From assembly GCF_963921235.1 (NCBI RefSeq), contig NC_086108.1, forward strand, positions 44,332,001 through 44,396,000: a stretch of 64,000 bases of DNA, in the 5' to 3' direction. Shown piece after piece: positions 53,301 to 64,000 of the stretch (the stretch's first letter is position 1; each line of letters opens with the position of its first letter). Below the pieces are notes generated by a model. The model did no database searches and was not told the origin of the DNA. It saw only the letters and a program-made list of their open reading frames with translations. The position numbers and the translations under genes are program-made. Source of the stretch: Mobula hypostoma. Lineage: Eukaryota.

Positions 53301-53941
53301 GTTCCATATGTTTCTCCTAAACAAGATCATATGTAGACATGAAATTAGCTCCACTCCACTGCCTGTTTTTGATTATTCAGTACCAGATGAACCGCAATTT
53401 CCTGCAAGGGGACTTTGGAGATGCTGAAGACTGGTTGCCCTTGTCACAAACTCTGACCTTCCAGTTCCATGTCTCTCTTCCTGGTTACGGACAGCTTCCC
53501 ATCTTGGAAGTTCTGTTTGAGCTGAGCTTGCAACTTAGTGCTTTCATTGCAAGTTCCATTTCAGTATTTTGACTATCTGCTGCTGACAGTCTATTTCCAT
53601 GAGACATAGCTATTTTTTTCCTTTCATCCTCATGAGCTTTATATCAGCTCGTATCAAACTCTGCCAATGTACTGGCCATCTTCTGCAACATTTCTGATTT
53701 TTCTGATCAACATTGGTACCTGACGCCTTCAATTTAAAATTCAGTTCCTTGTGTTTAAATTGCTTTGCCATCTGTTTCTGTGGCCTTCTCTCTTCTTCCA
53801 AGTCTGTTGCACACCTCTTCTGCCATCGGCAGAAATGGCCTCAGTTGATATATAAGTGCTTTGGAATATTCTCCCTTAAATCCTCAACCTTGTTTATTTA
53901 AGTAAACTCCAAACCACAAAATCAAAGCACCTTTTGAAAAC

Positions 53942-54013
53942 CAAGGGTTCCTAAACCACTGACCCCTTGCTTAATGGTATTGGTCCATGGCATAAAAAAG
54001 TTGGGAATCCCTG
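53942..54013. mobile_element. hAT-like MITE, same family as 5787-5867, opposite orientation
   Basis: caagggttcc...ccatggcataaaaaagttgggaatccctg. Confidence 0.65.
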
Positions 54014-54662
54014 CTCTATACCTTTTCATTAACTTGGTATCCAATTATGGTTGGTTGTATCTCTAAATCAGGTTTGTATTGTAAAATTACAAGGATTAAC
54101 TTTTGTACCACAAATGAAATGTACAGAGTAAATGCTTTTATATCTATATAAAGTACATTTTTCTTTCAAAGTCTCCCAGTGGTGGGATGTTTCCATTGAT
54201 ATTACTGTGGGATTATCCATAAGGAATGCCACGATTCTGTGGATTTAGTTTTAAACATATTACATATGTACAAAAATAACAAACAAGGAAAAGTCTTATG
54301 TCCATCAAGCCTGTGCATTTCTGATAGTACAGTTTGGGCATGGCATGATCTCCCTCTGATAGAAGATGTAGGGTGGTGCTAAGTCATGCAGTTAATAGCA
54401 ATTTAGGCCAATCTAAAGGTGGTGTGGAGGGGAATTTGCTTTTTGCTGAATTAGTCATATAGCTGTTTCATTACAAAAATGTCTTGATGTTAATTTGTAT
54501 GAACTTTTTTTTCCATCTCTGCTCTAGTAACCTTGTAGTTTGCTGTTCAGCCCAGAATGGATTTTGACCTCGGTTTGGAGTTGCTAATGTGGTTCAGAAC
54601 TGTAACTAAAAGACTCCTGGTTTACATTGATGTTAGTGTATGTGAATGATCCTGGGAATGGT

Positions 54663-55090
54663 TCTGGGCCTGTACTCGCTGTAGTTCAGAAGAATGAAGG
54701 GGGATATCATTGAAACCTATTGAAAGGCCAAGATATAGTGGATGTGGCAAGGATGTTTGCTATAGTGGGTGAATCAGGGACCAGAGGACACAGCCTTAGA
54801 ATAGAGGGACATCTATTTAGAGCAGAGATGAGAAGGAATTTATTCAGCCAGAGGGTAGTGAATCTATGGAATTCATTCCCACAGACGGCTGTGGAGGCCA
54901 AACCATTGGATATATTTAATATGGAGGTTGATAGATTCTTGGTTAGTTCAAGGTATCAAAGGTTACAGGGAAGATGCAAGAGAATGGGGGTTGAGAAGGA
55001 TGATAATTCTGACAAGATGGAATGGTGGAGTAGACTTGATGGGCTGAGAGGCATAACTCTGTTCCTATGTCTTACCATCTTATAGTCTTA
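54663..55090 (+). mobile_element. CR1 3' fragment
   Basis: GESGTRGHSLRIEGHLFRAEMRRNLFSQRVVNLWNSFPQ. Confidence 0.85.
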
Positions 55091-58000
55091 TGTAGATCAA
55101 CCTGTATATGGTATACAAAAACAGAAATAATTTTACTTTAGTTCTTCTTTGCTGGCAAATATATGGAAAAGGAACTAGTAATTGTATACTAGCCTCATCT
55201 AGTCCTTTGTAAAGAACAAAAATAGTCTACAGCCTGAATGCTTTATGTTCAATTTACACAATAGTTTTGAGAAATCTGCTATATTTGATCACAGATGCAC
55301 TGCTGTATGCTTGCTGGATTGTGATGAAAACTAGAATTGAACCTATTGATTATAGAGGATAAATTGATTCATGTACTGAGAGCAACAGAAATTGACAACT
55401 ATTTTCTTTCATTGAACTTGTTTTCAATTTTCTTGTGTTTATTTCAGAAATATGAAAATGGTGGTCTGTTAAGTTTTTTTCCTGTTTACTGGGACAAATC
55501 ACAAGATTAAGTGGGTGGTTCCTTTGTATTAAGTGATGACAGAATTCTGGACAGGAAGCTTCCCTATCTAAAAAGAGATTGGTGAGTCGGAAGTTCTAAA
55601 TAAAAACAAAACTGCAGCTAAATAGGACAGTGGTAACTGTTTCAAGGGAGACAAAAAACTCCACTTTTCTTAGAGATTTTCTGTAAAATATCATATTTCC
55701 TGTAAGGTTGAATTTTTGGCTTGTTTAGCCTGTTCAGCGATTGTTGGGTTAAACAGGGAAGTTAACTTCTGAATGTGAATTGAAGTTGTCTTGTACAGCA
55801 GTAAGTACATGTATAGTAATGGTCCTTGAAGCCAGAAAAATGGATGTGACCTTGTCCTCAGAATTTAGTAAACTGAAGGAGCTTGTGGTTTCTTCAGGTG
55901 CCAGTGGGTTTGTGTGTATATGGAAGAAATGATAATTGATGACGTTGATCATGTCTGAAGTTACTACAATTAGGTTGTAACTATCCTCACCTCTTACTAA
56001 AACCACTTGATGGCTTTGACTCTGTTTTCTTGTTTTCCCTCCTGATTTTTGTCTTTCTCAAATGTGAAGTAAGTGATTGACTTAAGGTATCCTGTTTGGA
56101 TGTGCCTTTCTCATCAAGTAGTTCTTGATGTTAGATGTGCAGGGAGGATTTCAGAGGATGAGTGGCAACCAGTTCTCCTTCACTGTTCGCACGCAAGGAA
56201 ATTGTTTAGCTAGCAGAATCTACATGGAGACCTGGGGAAATTTCTATATTCTGTTCCACATATCAGTCCATCATTAAATAATGCTTAATTATGAACATAT
56301 GAATTTAGGATCAAGCGGAAGCACTTGTGCACCTTCCCAGCCCCATGTTAGTTTTCAAATCTAATTTATTGAAAAATATTCAAGGGAATAGTTGGCTCTT
56401 TTTTTTTTAAAAAAAAGAAATTACAGGGCTGGGTCATTATGTTGTGATCCAGGACTTTTAAAGGTAAGAGAATATTAGAAAGACGAGGTAATAGTTTGAA
56501 TAGCTTTCTATTTTCCTGTGAAGAATTTGGGACTAAGGAATAGTGAGATGTAGAATCGTGAGGAATAATTGAAAGGAATACCTTACTCTAGATGGAATTG
56601 AAGGGAGAACGGGCAAGCATGTAAAGGAAATATTATCCAGTTGATGAAAATGAGGAAAGACAGCAGGAGATTTGAATTCTACACAAGTGCTAGAAAAGAT
56701 GGATAGGGTGTATTCTGTTCCATTCATCCTGTGTGTCCATAGGTTCTATACTAACAGGTACTCATGAAATTGCTGCTTGTATCACTCCATATACATGCTT
56801 AATCTTATTTGGAACACAAGTCTGTACTTTGTAGAACCAAGTGTCATTGGTTATTGGTGTGTTCTAAATAATGATAGGACCTCTATGTGTGGTGAAGAAG
56901 CCCAACCCCCTCAGACTGTTCCTAACGACTTCGGCTGTAAAGACCTAGACCCAGTTTTGCTGCTGTGAGAGGTGTTCAACAGGTTTTAAAATATCCCTGA
57001 CATTTGGAGATGCTAAAGCCATTAAAATGATGTAAATAATTAAAATTTAAATATTATTGACATAGGTAAAACACTCAAACACAGTAAATAATTCTATGTA
57101 GTGTTTAATTATTTAAAAAAAGATTTTGCTTTCCCTTCCTTAATGTGCGAAGGCCTACAAAGTGCACTGACATCAGTGAAGTTTGGACTATGTAGCAAAA
57201 TCTGAATTGGCACAGGACCTGAGAGAATATTTCCTTAGCTCAGGATTGGAGTATCTTGGGAAGATGGAGCTCTGCCTCTGGGTTCTCTGTTGCCTAAATG
57301 CTATCTGTTAGTCAGTAAGTTCGGGAGTTCCATGTTTGTTTCCTCCACAGATCCTGGTATTCAGTTGCCAGCCAGATCTGGAGCAAGGTGTTTTTTTGGT
57401 TGCCTGATATCTTTTGCTGGGGTTGCTGCCACTCTGGTTTTTGAAGTGAGTCAACAACCATTTTGATGTGGGGAGAGGGGTTGCTGCAGTGAAGCCATGA
57501 TGAAAGCTCAGCCCAGAGGTTAGGGAGTGGTATTAAATGTTAGCTAGCAGGAGTCTCATTTCCTGTTGCCTTCCTCTTCCCAATCTTTTGTCATGGCCAT
57601 TACAGCCTATTTATTATATCCCTTCCACTGCTATCCTGCGTAAGATTAACTCGAGTATTCGGGGTGGAATTTGGGACTTCCATGACCTTAGTTCACTACA
57701 TCATGTTGCATTTACTCAGAGTGTGAAAGGTACAGTGCAAACTATATCTGATATTGCTATTAGTATAAACCTTACTGGCTTTAAGGTTGGGGAATAAATG
57801 TTTCAAAACAGGCTACAGTGGCAAGAAGATTGTCTTGAAGCAGCTAATTAAGGTTTAAGGAAGTTTTGCTGCTGTCGGCTAAATTGAAACGTGTGTATAC
57901 AGACATTACCTCAGATGATAGAATGGGGTGTGCACCATTTTAGGGGTGTGGATCATGATGGGCTTAAATTACAGGGTGGGGGTTTATACAAACCCTGTAT

Positions 58001-59559
58001 TGTTGAAACAATGTGCATCTTTAATGAGTGTAGTTGTTAGTTGTAATATTAGTCTTCAGCATGTAGTAGTCTGTTCACTTGCCCTCTGTGCCTCTGAGCT
58101 AGGGAGGAGAAAGGTTGGTTTCAGTTCTGAACAGCAGACAGGCTTGGGTCTGTCGTTTGAGAACTGAAGGTAATGTCCACGAGACCATGACTGTATGACA
58201 CTGATATCCACAGTAGGTCATTCCGTAAGGTGGTGTACAGCTGCCTGTGTTTCAGGTTATACTTTCCAGCAGGTGTGGCTTTGCCCTGTGTTGTAGAACT
58301 GTGGCTTTGGAGATCTTATTCCCATCCCCATTCAGGAACCACGACAGACTTCCCAGTGCCTCTGAGTAAGCATAATGTTAAGGAAATCTCTGGTGCCCGT
58401 CTTGTGGACAGTATTCATGTTCCAACTCTAATGTAGGCAAAAATAACTTGAAATGGCTTAGATTTTAATGCAGATCCTTTATTGAATGTTAAGTTCATGC
58501 ACTAACAGATTTACAATCTGAGGGGACCAGTTGACTGTCCCACAGTTTTATTGTTGGGCATCAATAGGTTATACAACTTCGGAAATTATTGCCTGGTATT
58601 CATGTGTGTATTTACTTTCAAGGTTGTAGGAGAAATTAAACCCGTAATCCAAGGCCCTTTAAGATAGTTTTATCTTCTGTAATTCACGGTCACTGAGGCC
58701 ATGGTTGGTGTCAGACGGTTCAGGGATAGAACCTTGAGTAAATCACAACATTGTTCCGGTTGGGTGGTGCACAGGCAAACTAGGAAGGAGCTTGTCTGTT
58801 AACAATTTAACTAGTGAGCTCTCGGAGTACATGGTGTTGTGTTACTAAGAAACACATGGCCTAAATCATCTTTTACCTGTGGTGTGTTTAAATTTTAAAT
58901 AGATTGAAAACATCTGTGGTATTTTGTTTTTGAGGTGGAAATACGTGGTGTATGCATCTTGTACATTGCAGTCTGACTTGGGAATCGAGTGTGCCCCCTT
59001 AGCTTGGTGCCTGAGTGCATTTCAGTGTGGTGGTAGGTTGTTAAGGAGAAGAAAGGGAAGAAAGTGATTGTTGAAAATGGAGCCATATCCAAGGTGGTGG
59101 TAAATTTGCATCCTCAGGCAGCTTCCTGTTCTGGTAAGGCTGTTACCACTAGATTGTTCTGCAAGTCATGGCTCTCTTGGGTTGTTCATTCCATCCTGCT
59201 GACATATGCTACTATTTGGTACTTGATCTGTCATCTGGTTCTTCTTTCTCTAAAAGGGTAGCAGTGGGGCCATAAGAGTGGCCAAGGGAATTGAATTGAA
59301 TGCCACTTCACAATATGTTTTATTTCAGCTCCAGCTTTGTAACCTTAAGTGTTGTTAAATTCTTCCTCAATAAATGCACCTGTTTTGAGAAATTTTATTC
59401 TGGAGATTCTAAACTGTGATGCCAATAAACCTATAACTTTGGAAAATGTTTTGGGTGTGCTACAGAAATGTTACCACTTTATCTGCAGGTGTATTTCTCC
59501 TTTTATGCATGTCTGGCCTCACCGCACAGCCCTACCTGGTTGACCAACTATCTCAAGTG

Positions 59560-59790
59560 AACCTAAAAAGGCCTCACAACCCTTTCTTGCAGAAGAGAAT
59601 GGTTGATCCCATTAATTCTTCCAAATATCTGTCCCTCACCCAGCATGTCATAAATTGGATTATCTCGTCAAACAGAAACATTTGAGAGTTTCCTGATCAG
59701 AAATTGGCTGCCCACGTTTCTCACATTTCAACAGTGGCTATTCTTCAAAGGCACATTGGTGTTTGTGAGGTGCTTTAGGATGATGAGGTC
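59560..59790 (+). mobile_element. Ancient DeuSINE-like (SacSINE1/AmnSINE1-type) remnant
   Basis: aaattggctgcccacgtttctcacatttcaacagtggctattcttcaaag...cattgg...gtgaggtgctttaggatg resembles the Deu-domain 3' part as recalled. Confidence 0.5.
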
Positions 59791-60598
59791 AAAGAAGTAC
59801 TCACTAGTCTACTGTTCTTTGAATTTTCCTGTCTCCGGGAATTCTGTGCCGTGATCTGATTGCTTTATTTTGTACTTGGCTTTCCTGCTGGTTGTCACTT
59901 TGGATCGTTTTAAACTTTTTAATTTCTGTGAAGTTACATTTAATGTCAACTTCCATTGTTTCTGTAATATTAGGATGTAGATTTGTTCTGATGACAAGTT
60001 ACAGACCTGAAACATTGACTTTGTTTGATCTGCTGCAGTTGTTGGCTAACCTGTGTTTTGTATGTTTTAAGGTTTTTGAGCCTTTGTAGTCTTGAATTCC
60101 TCTCCTGGAAGAGGGGTGTTGCATATGCGTTAATTTTCAGGGACACAAGAATTGTATTGGATCTGTACACTTCTCTTTGCCACTGGCTCAAACTCCCCAG
60201 GTCCTACCCTGATATAGGTTTATATCCAAGAGAAAGAACATTGGGAGGAAAATAAAATATTTTTTGTATGTTTATGAGCTGGAGTGGTACAACTCTTATT
60301 AAAATAACTAATTATAAATCTTTGCAGTGTTTCATAAAATGGAATAAATTAATACTTATTCTATAGCATCTCATGAAATTGAGTATAAATGATCTTGTGC
60401 TGCAGCAGCTGGTGTCAACAGAATTTATTTTTTTAAAGCAGAGAATAATTAGCAGAACACAAGGAATCTTGGGCTATTTGATTTTTTTCCCTTTTGAATT
60501 ACATTTTGGAAAACGATAAAAATGGTTATTCGCCCCAAAAAGAGTCAAGGTAATACATTGCCAGCAGTAGCATATCTGCACTGCAATAGGCTGGAATA

Positions 60599-61579
60599 CC
60601 CCACTAGCCTCCGGGTCCAACATATTATTCTCCGTAACTTCCGCCACCTCCAACGGGATCCCACCACTAAGCACATCTTTCCCTCCCCCCCCTCTCTCTG
60701 CATTCCGCAGGGATCGCTCCCTACGCAACTCCCTTGTCCATTCGTCCCCCCCATCCCTCCCCACGGATCTCCCTCCTGGCACTTAGCCGTGTAAGCGGAA
60801 CAAGTGCTACACATGCTCTTACACTTCCTCCCTTACCACCATTCAGGGCCCCAAACAATCCTTCCAGGTGAGGCAACACTTCACCTGTGAGTCGACTGGG
60901 GTGATATACTGCGTCCGGTGCTCCTGATGTGGCCTTTTATATATTGGCGAGACCCGACGCAGACTGGGAGACCGCTTTGCTGAACATCTACGCTCTGTCC
61001 GCCAGAGAAAGCAGGATCTCCCAGTGGCCACACATTTTAATTCCACATCCCATTCCCATTCTGACATGTCTATCCACGGCCTCCTCTACTGTAAAGATGA
61101 AGCCACACTCAGGTTGGAGGAACAACACCTTATATTCCGTCTGGGTAGCCTCCAACCTGATGGCATGAACATCGACTTCTCTAACTTCCGCTAAGGCCCC
61201 ACCTCCCCCTCGTACCCCATCTGTTACTTATTTTTATGCACACATTCTTTCTCTCACTCTCCTTTTTCTCCCTCTGTCCCTCTGAATATACCTCTTGCCC
61301 ATCCTCTGGGTCCCCCCACCCCCCCGGCTTGTCTTTCTTCCCGGACCTCCTGTCCCATGATCCTCTCGTATCCCCTTTTGCCTATCACCTGTCCAGCTCT
61401 CGGCTCCATCCCTCCCCCTCCTGTCTTCTCCTATCATATTGCATCTCCCCCTCCCCCTCCAGCTTTCACTCTTCCTTCAGTTAGTCCTGACGAAGGGTCT
61501 CGGCCTGAAACGTCGACTGCGCCTCTTCCTACAGATGCTGCTTGGCCTGCTGTGTTCACCAGCAACTTTGATGTGTGTT
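60599..61579 (+). mobile_element. Young 5'-truncated Penelope-like retroelement with GIY-YIG endonuclease
   Basis: FTCESTGVIYCVRCS*CGLLYIGETRRRLGDRFAEHLRSV...PVATHFN...LRLEEQHLIFRLGSLQPDGMNIDFSNFR* (end 61194); premature stops at 60784 and 60925 plus a poly-C frameshift; flanked by GCTGGAATA at 60590-60598 and 61580-61588. Confidence 0.93.
61483..61518 (+). ncRNA. Minimal type I hammerhead ribozyme motif
   Basis: AGUC (stem I) - CUGACGA - A - GGGUCUCGGCCU (stem II) - GAAA - CG - UC^ - GACU (stem I'); conserved core nucleotides present; predicted cleavage after 61514. Confidence 0.75.
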
Positions 61580-62114
61580 GCTGGAATATCTGATCTGCTT
61601 TTCTCAGGGCTGCACAGGGAAACAACTGCAGGTAAAATTTTAGGGTTGCATTGTTTGAATTACAAAATTTTCCCTTAACAAAATTGACAAATTTCTATCT
61701 AAATATTTGAAATGCATCAGGGGAGGGGGGTGGTGATCGTGGAGAAAGGAGGTAAACAAGTCAACACAATTTCCTCCCCCCCCCCCCCATATAGTGAGTT
61801 TTGGAAATCATTGTAGGTTACAAAAGTATGTATTTTTGGCAATTATTGTTTCATTGGCATTCTGTAATTTAACAGATTATAGGAGTGAGCAGATGAGTCC
61901 AGTACATACCGATCCCTAAATTTTATATCACTTATGATTGAAATAACCATGATAGAAGAGTTAATCAATTTGTATAACTTTGTATTTTTACCAAAGGGAA
62001 AGTTTCTAGCAGGCTTAATTGTGGCGTGTCATGTGTGGAAAAACACATGGATAGTTCTGATAAAATTGGCGTGGCAAACAGTAAGCAACCAGAGCAAAGT
62101 GAATCATGCAATAG

Positions 62115-62250
62115 GCTGGGGGAACTCAGCAGGCCAGGCAGCATCTGTGGAAAAGAGTAAGCAGTCGATGTTTTGGGCCAAGACCCTTCATCAGGGAAAG
62201 CAGTTGAGGAGTAGATTATTTAAAAGGTGGGGGGGGGGAGGGGGAGAGAA
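62115..62250 (-). mobile_element. Penelope-like 3' end fragment
   Basis: ggaactcagcaggccaggcagcatct...cagtcgatgttttgggccaagacccttcatcagg. Confidence 0.75.
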
Positions 62251-63599
62251 AAAGCAGCATCCACAGATTTTCTCTAGTTTGTGAGAGGAAAGTGAATGTT
62301 CACAATTTCACAATTTGGGAGACGGTGGCTGTTCCACCTTTATTTTCTGACATCATTGCTCTTCAGTTTAGATTCATGGCTGACATCTCTTTAACAGTTT
62401 GTTATAGGCAAGACTCCAAGTTTTGTGTTTGGATTTTATTTTGTGCTTGCTTGCTTGTTGAATGTCATGTGACCAATACAGCAAAGGAAAATTTTGGACA
62501 GAAAAACTATATGCTAGTTTTGAGTTTAACCTGCAGTTGACCAGGGTGGAGCTGCTTGTCAGTTATCTTGTGCATTTCATGTTGAATTTTCACCACTTGA
62601 GTTCTGGCCATCTATGAACTAGCCATTTTTTATTGGAATTGCATTCAAATTAATTTAAGTCCACATTATTTATCTGTTTTCTTCACCATAAAGTGAGAAA
62701 TATAAACCATTTCTTGTCTTTAATATGTGGTGCCCAGATATGTCCCAGTTAACTGTGATATTTTTTCAAGGCATTAATTTCTAATCTGATTGAAGGTATT
62801 TCTGAGTTTTTTTTAAAACAGCATGTTTGTTACATGAACACTCAGTCTACCTAATTCCAACAATGTATAATTCTGATATGTTGATATGAGAGGGTTAGAT
62901 GTGAAATGGAGCATTCTCTTAGTAGCTACATCATTACGAACCATTGGATTAAATGACCAAAGAAACTTTAGCTATTGACTGTTTTCAATGAAAGCAAGTA
63001 CATTATTTTGGGTGGTGTGTGATTATTCCACTGCCCCAAATTGATTGCTCTTTTTAATGTATTTTCCAAGAGTAATATAATGTGAATGTAGGGGAAATCT
63101 TGACTTAAATCTATTGTAGAACTTGCCATATTGAAACAAAGCAAAAAAATTATGTTTTAAATCATAACTTAAAGCTTATTTGTGGCAATGCTTTTTAAGT
63201 AATGAAGTAATATTAAAATTATAGTGAGTTGTAATGTTGAAAATGTTGCTGAAAGTAGGCTTTAATGAGTGGTAATATGAGAATGATCAGGAAATTTTGA
63301 AATATCTTGGTGGAGTGATAAGTATTAATCAGGATGCCATTAAGAACCTTTCTATTCTTTGAAAACTGCAGTTTGATTTCTATTCATATGAGAAGTTCCA
63401 AGAAATCTTGACTGGCAGATTTGACAATGTTCTGCAATGTCAGTTTAATTTGACTTTCTGGTGTGAGTCTAGAAAAAAACAATTGCTCAAAGGTGCTTTA
63501 GCTTATCCATGACTGGTATTTTGGTGGTTCAGTGTCATTGTGCTTGGGGGGGGGCGGATGATGCACTGGTAGATTGGTAATGTAGAATACTGCAAGACC

Positions 63600-64000
63600 G
63601 ATTCACTGGTTCATTGGCAAGACTGGTGGGGGAGCTGTGTTGCCTTGGGTGTTACACGGAACAGGCCCACTTGTTGCAGCTGTTGTAGCCGCCTGGGAGA
63701 AAAGACACCAGAGGTGACATGAGAGAGAGCAGAAGCTTCTGGGGGCACTGGAATTCATTCTGGTTTGGGGGGGCTAACCCCTCCCATTGTTGCTGCACTC
63801 CAGTGTTCATTCGATGGAAGACAAACTGGAATGTGTGCATCTGTAGCCACACTAACACATGATGTGAAAGGTGGCTCCAGGATGACATCTCGCACACCAC
63901 CAATCTACAGGTCATGCCACTTAGGGACTTAGGCTATATTATTCTTTTGTGATTGTATGTTTTCCTGCTGTTGTAATTACATGCTCTGTGTGTGTGTGAC
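63600..64000 (+). mobile_element. Older non-autonomous Rex-like derivative running off the window
   Basis: SSVHSMEDKLECVHL resembles the endonuclease N-terminus (compare KLDCIRL near 24410), followed by a Rex-like T-rich 3' UTR. Confidence 0.45.

Noticed and set aside
38579..64000. SSBP3 exon 5 or conserved intronic enhancers
   Set aside because: No SAAAAPSP-type exon found, and conserved non-coding elements cannot be called without alignments
1..64000. CRISPR arrays, operons, rRNA or tRNA genes
   Set aside because: Spliced vertebrate locus with no repeat-spacer arrays; the tRNA-like boxes belong to SINE heads

Overview
Eukaryotic genomic DNA, most likely from a cartilaginous fish (ray or shark), judged from the CR1, Rex/Babar, Penelope and V-SINE repeat content. 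It contains the last three coding exons and 3' UTR of a KEAP1-family gene (+ strand, 170-7284) and about 25 kb of repeat-rich intergenic DNA. It then contains the CpG-island promoter and first four coding exons of SSBP3 (+ strand, ATG at 33150), whose long intron 4 runs off the window. Most listed ORFs are retroelement fragments or chance ORFs. The most notable non-genic signal is a minimal type I hammerhead ribozyme motif in the 3' region of the Penelope-like elements. One copy with an intact core lies in sense orientation in SSBP3 intron 4 (61483-61518), and at least six decayed copies are scattered through the window. The KEAP1-SSBP3 adjacency suggests this may be the Keap1A paralog rather than the ortholog of mammalian KEAP1.
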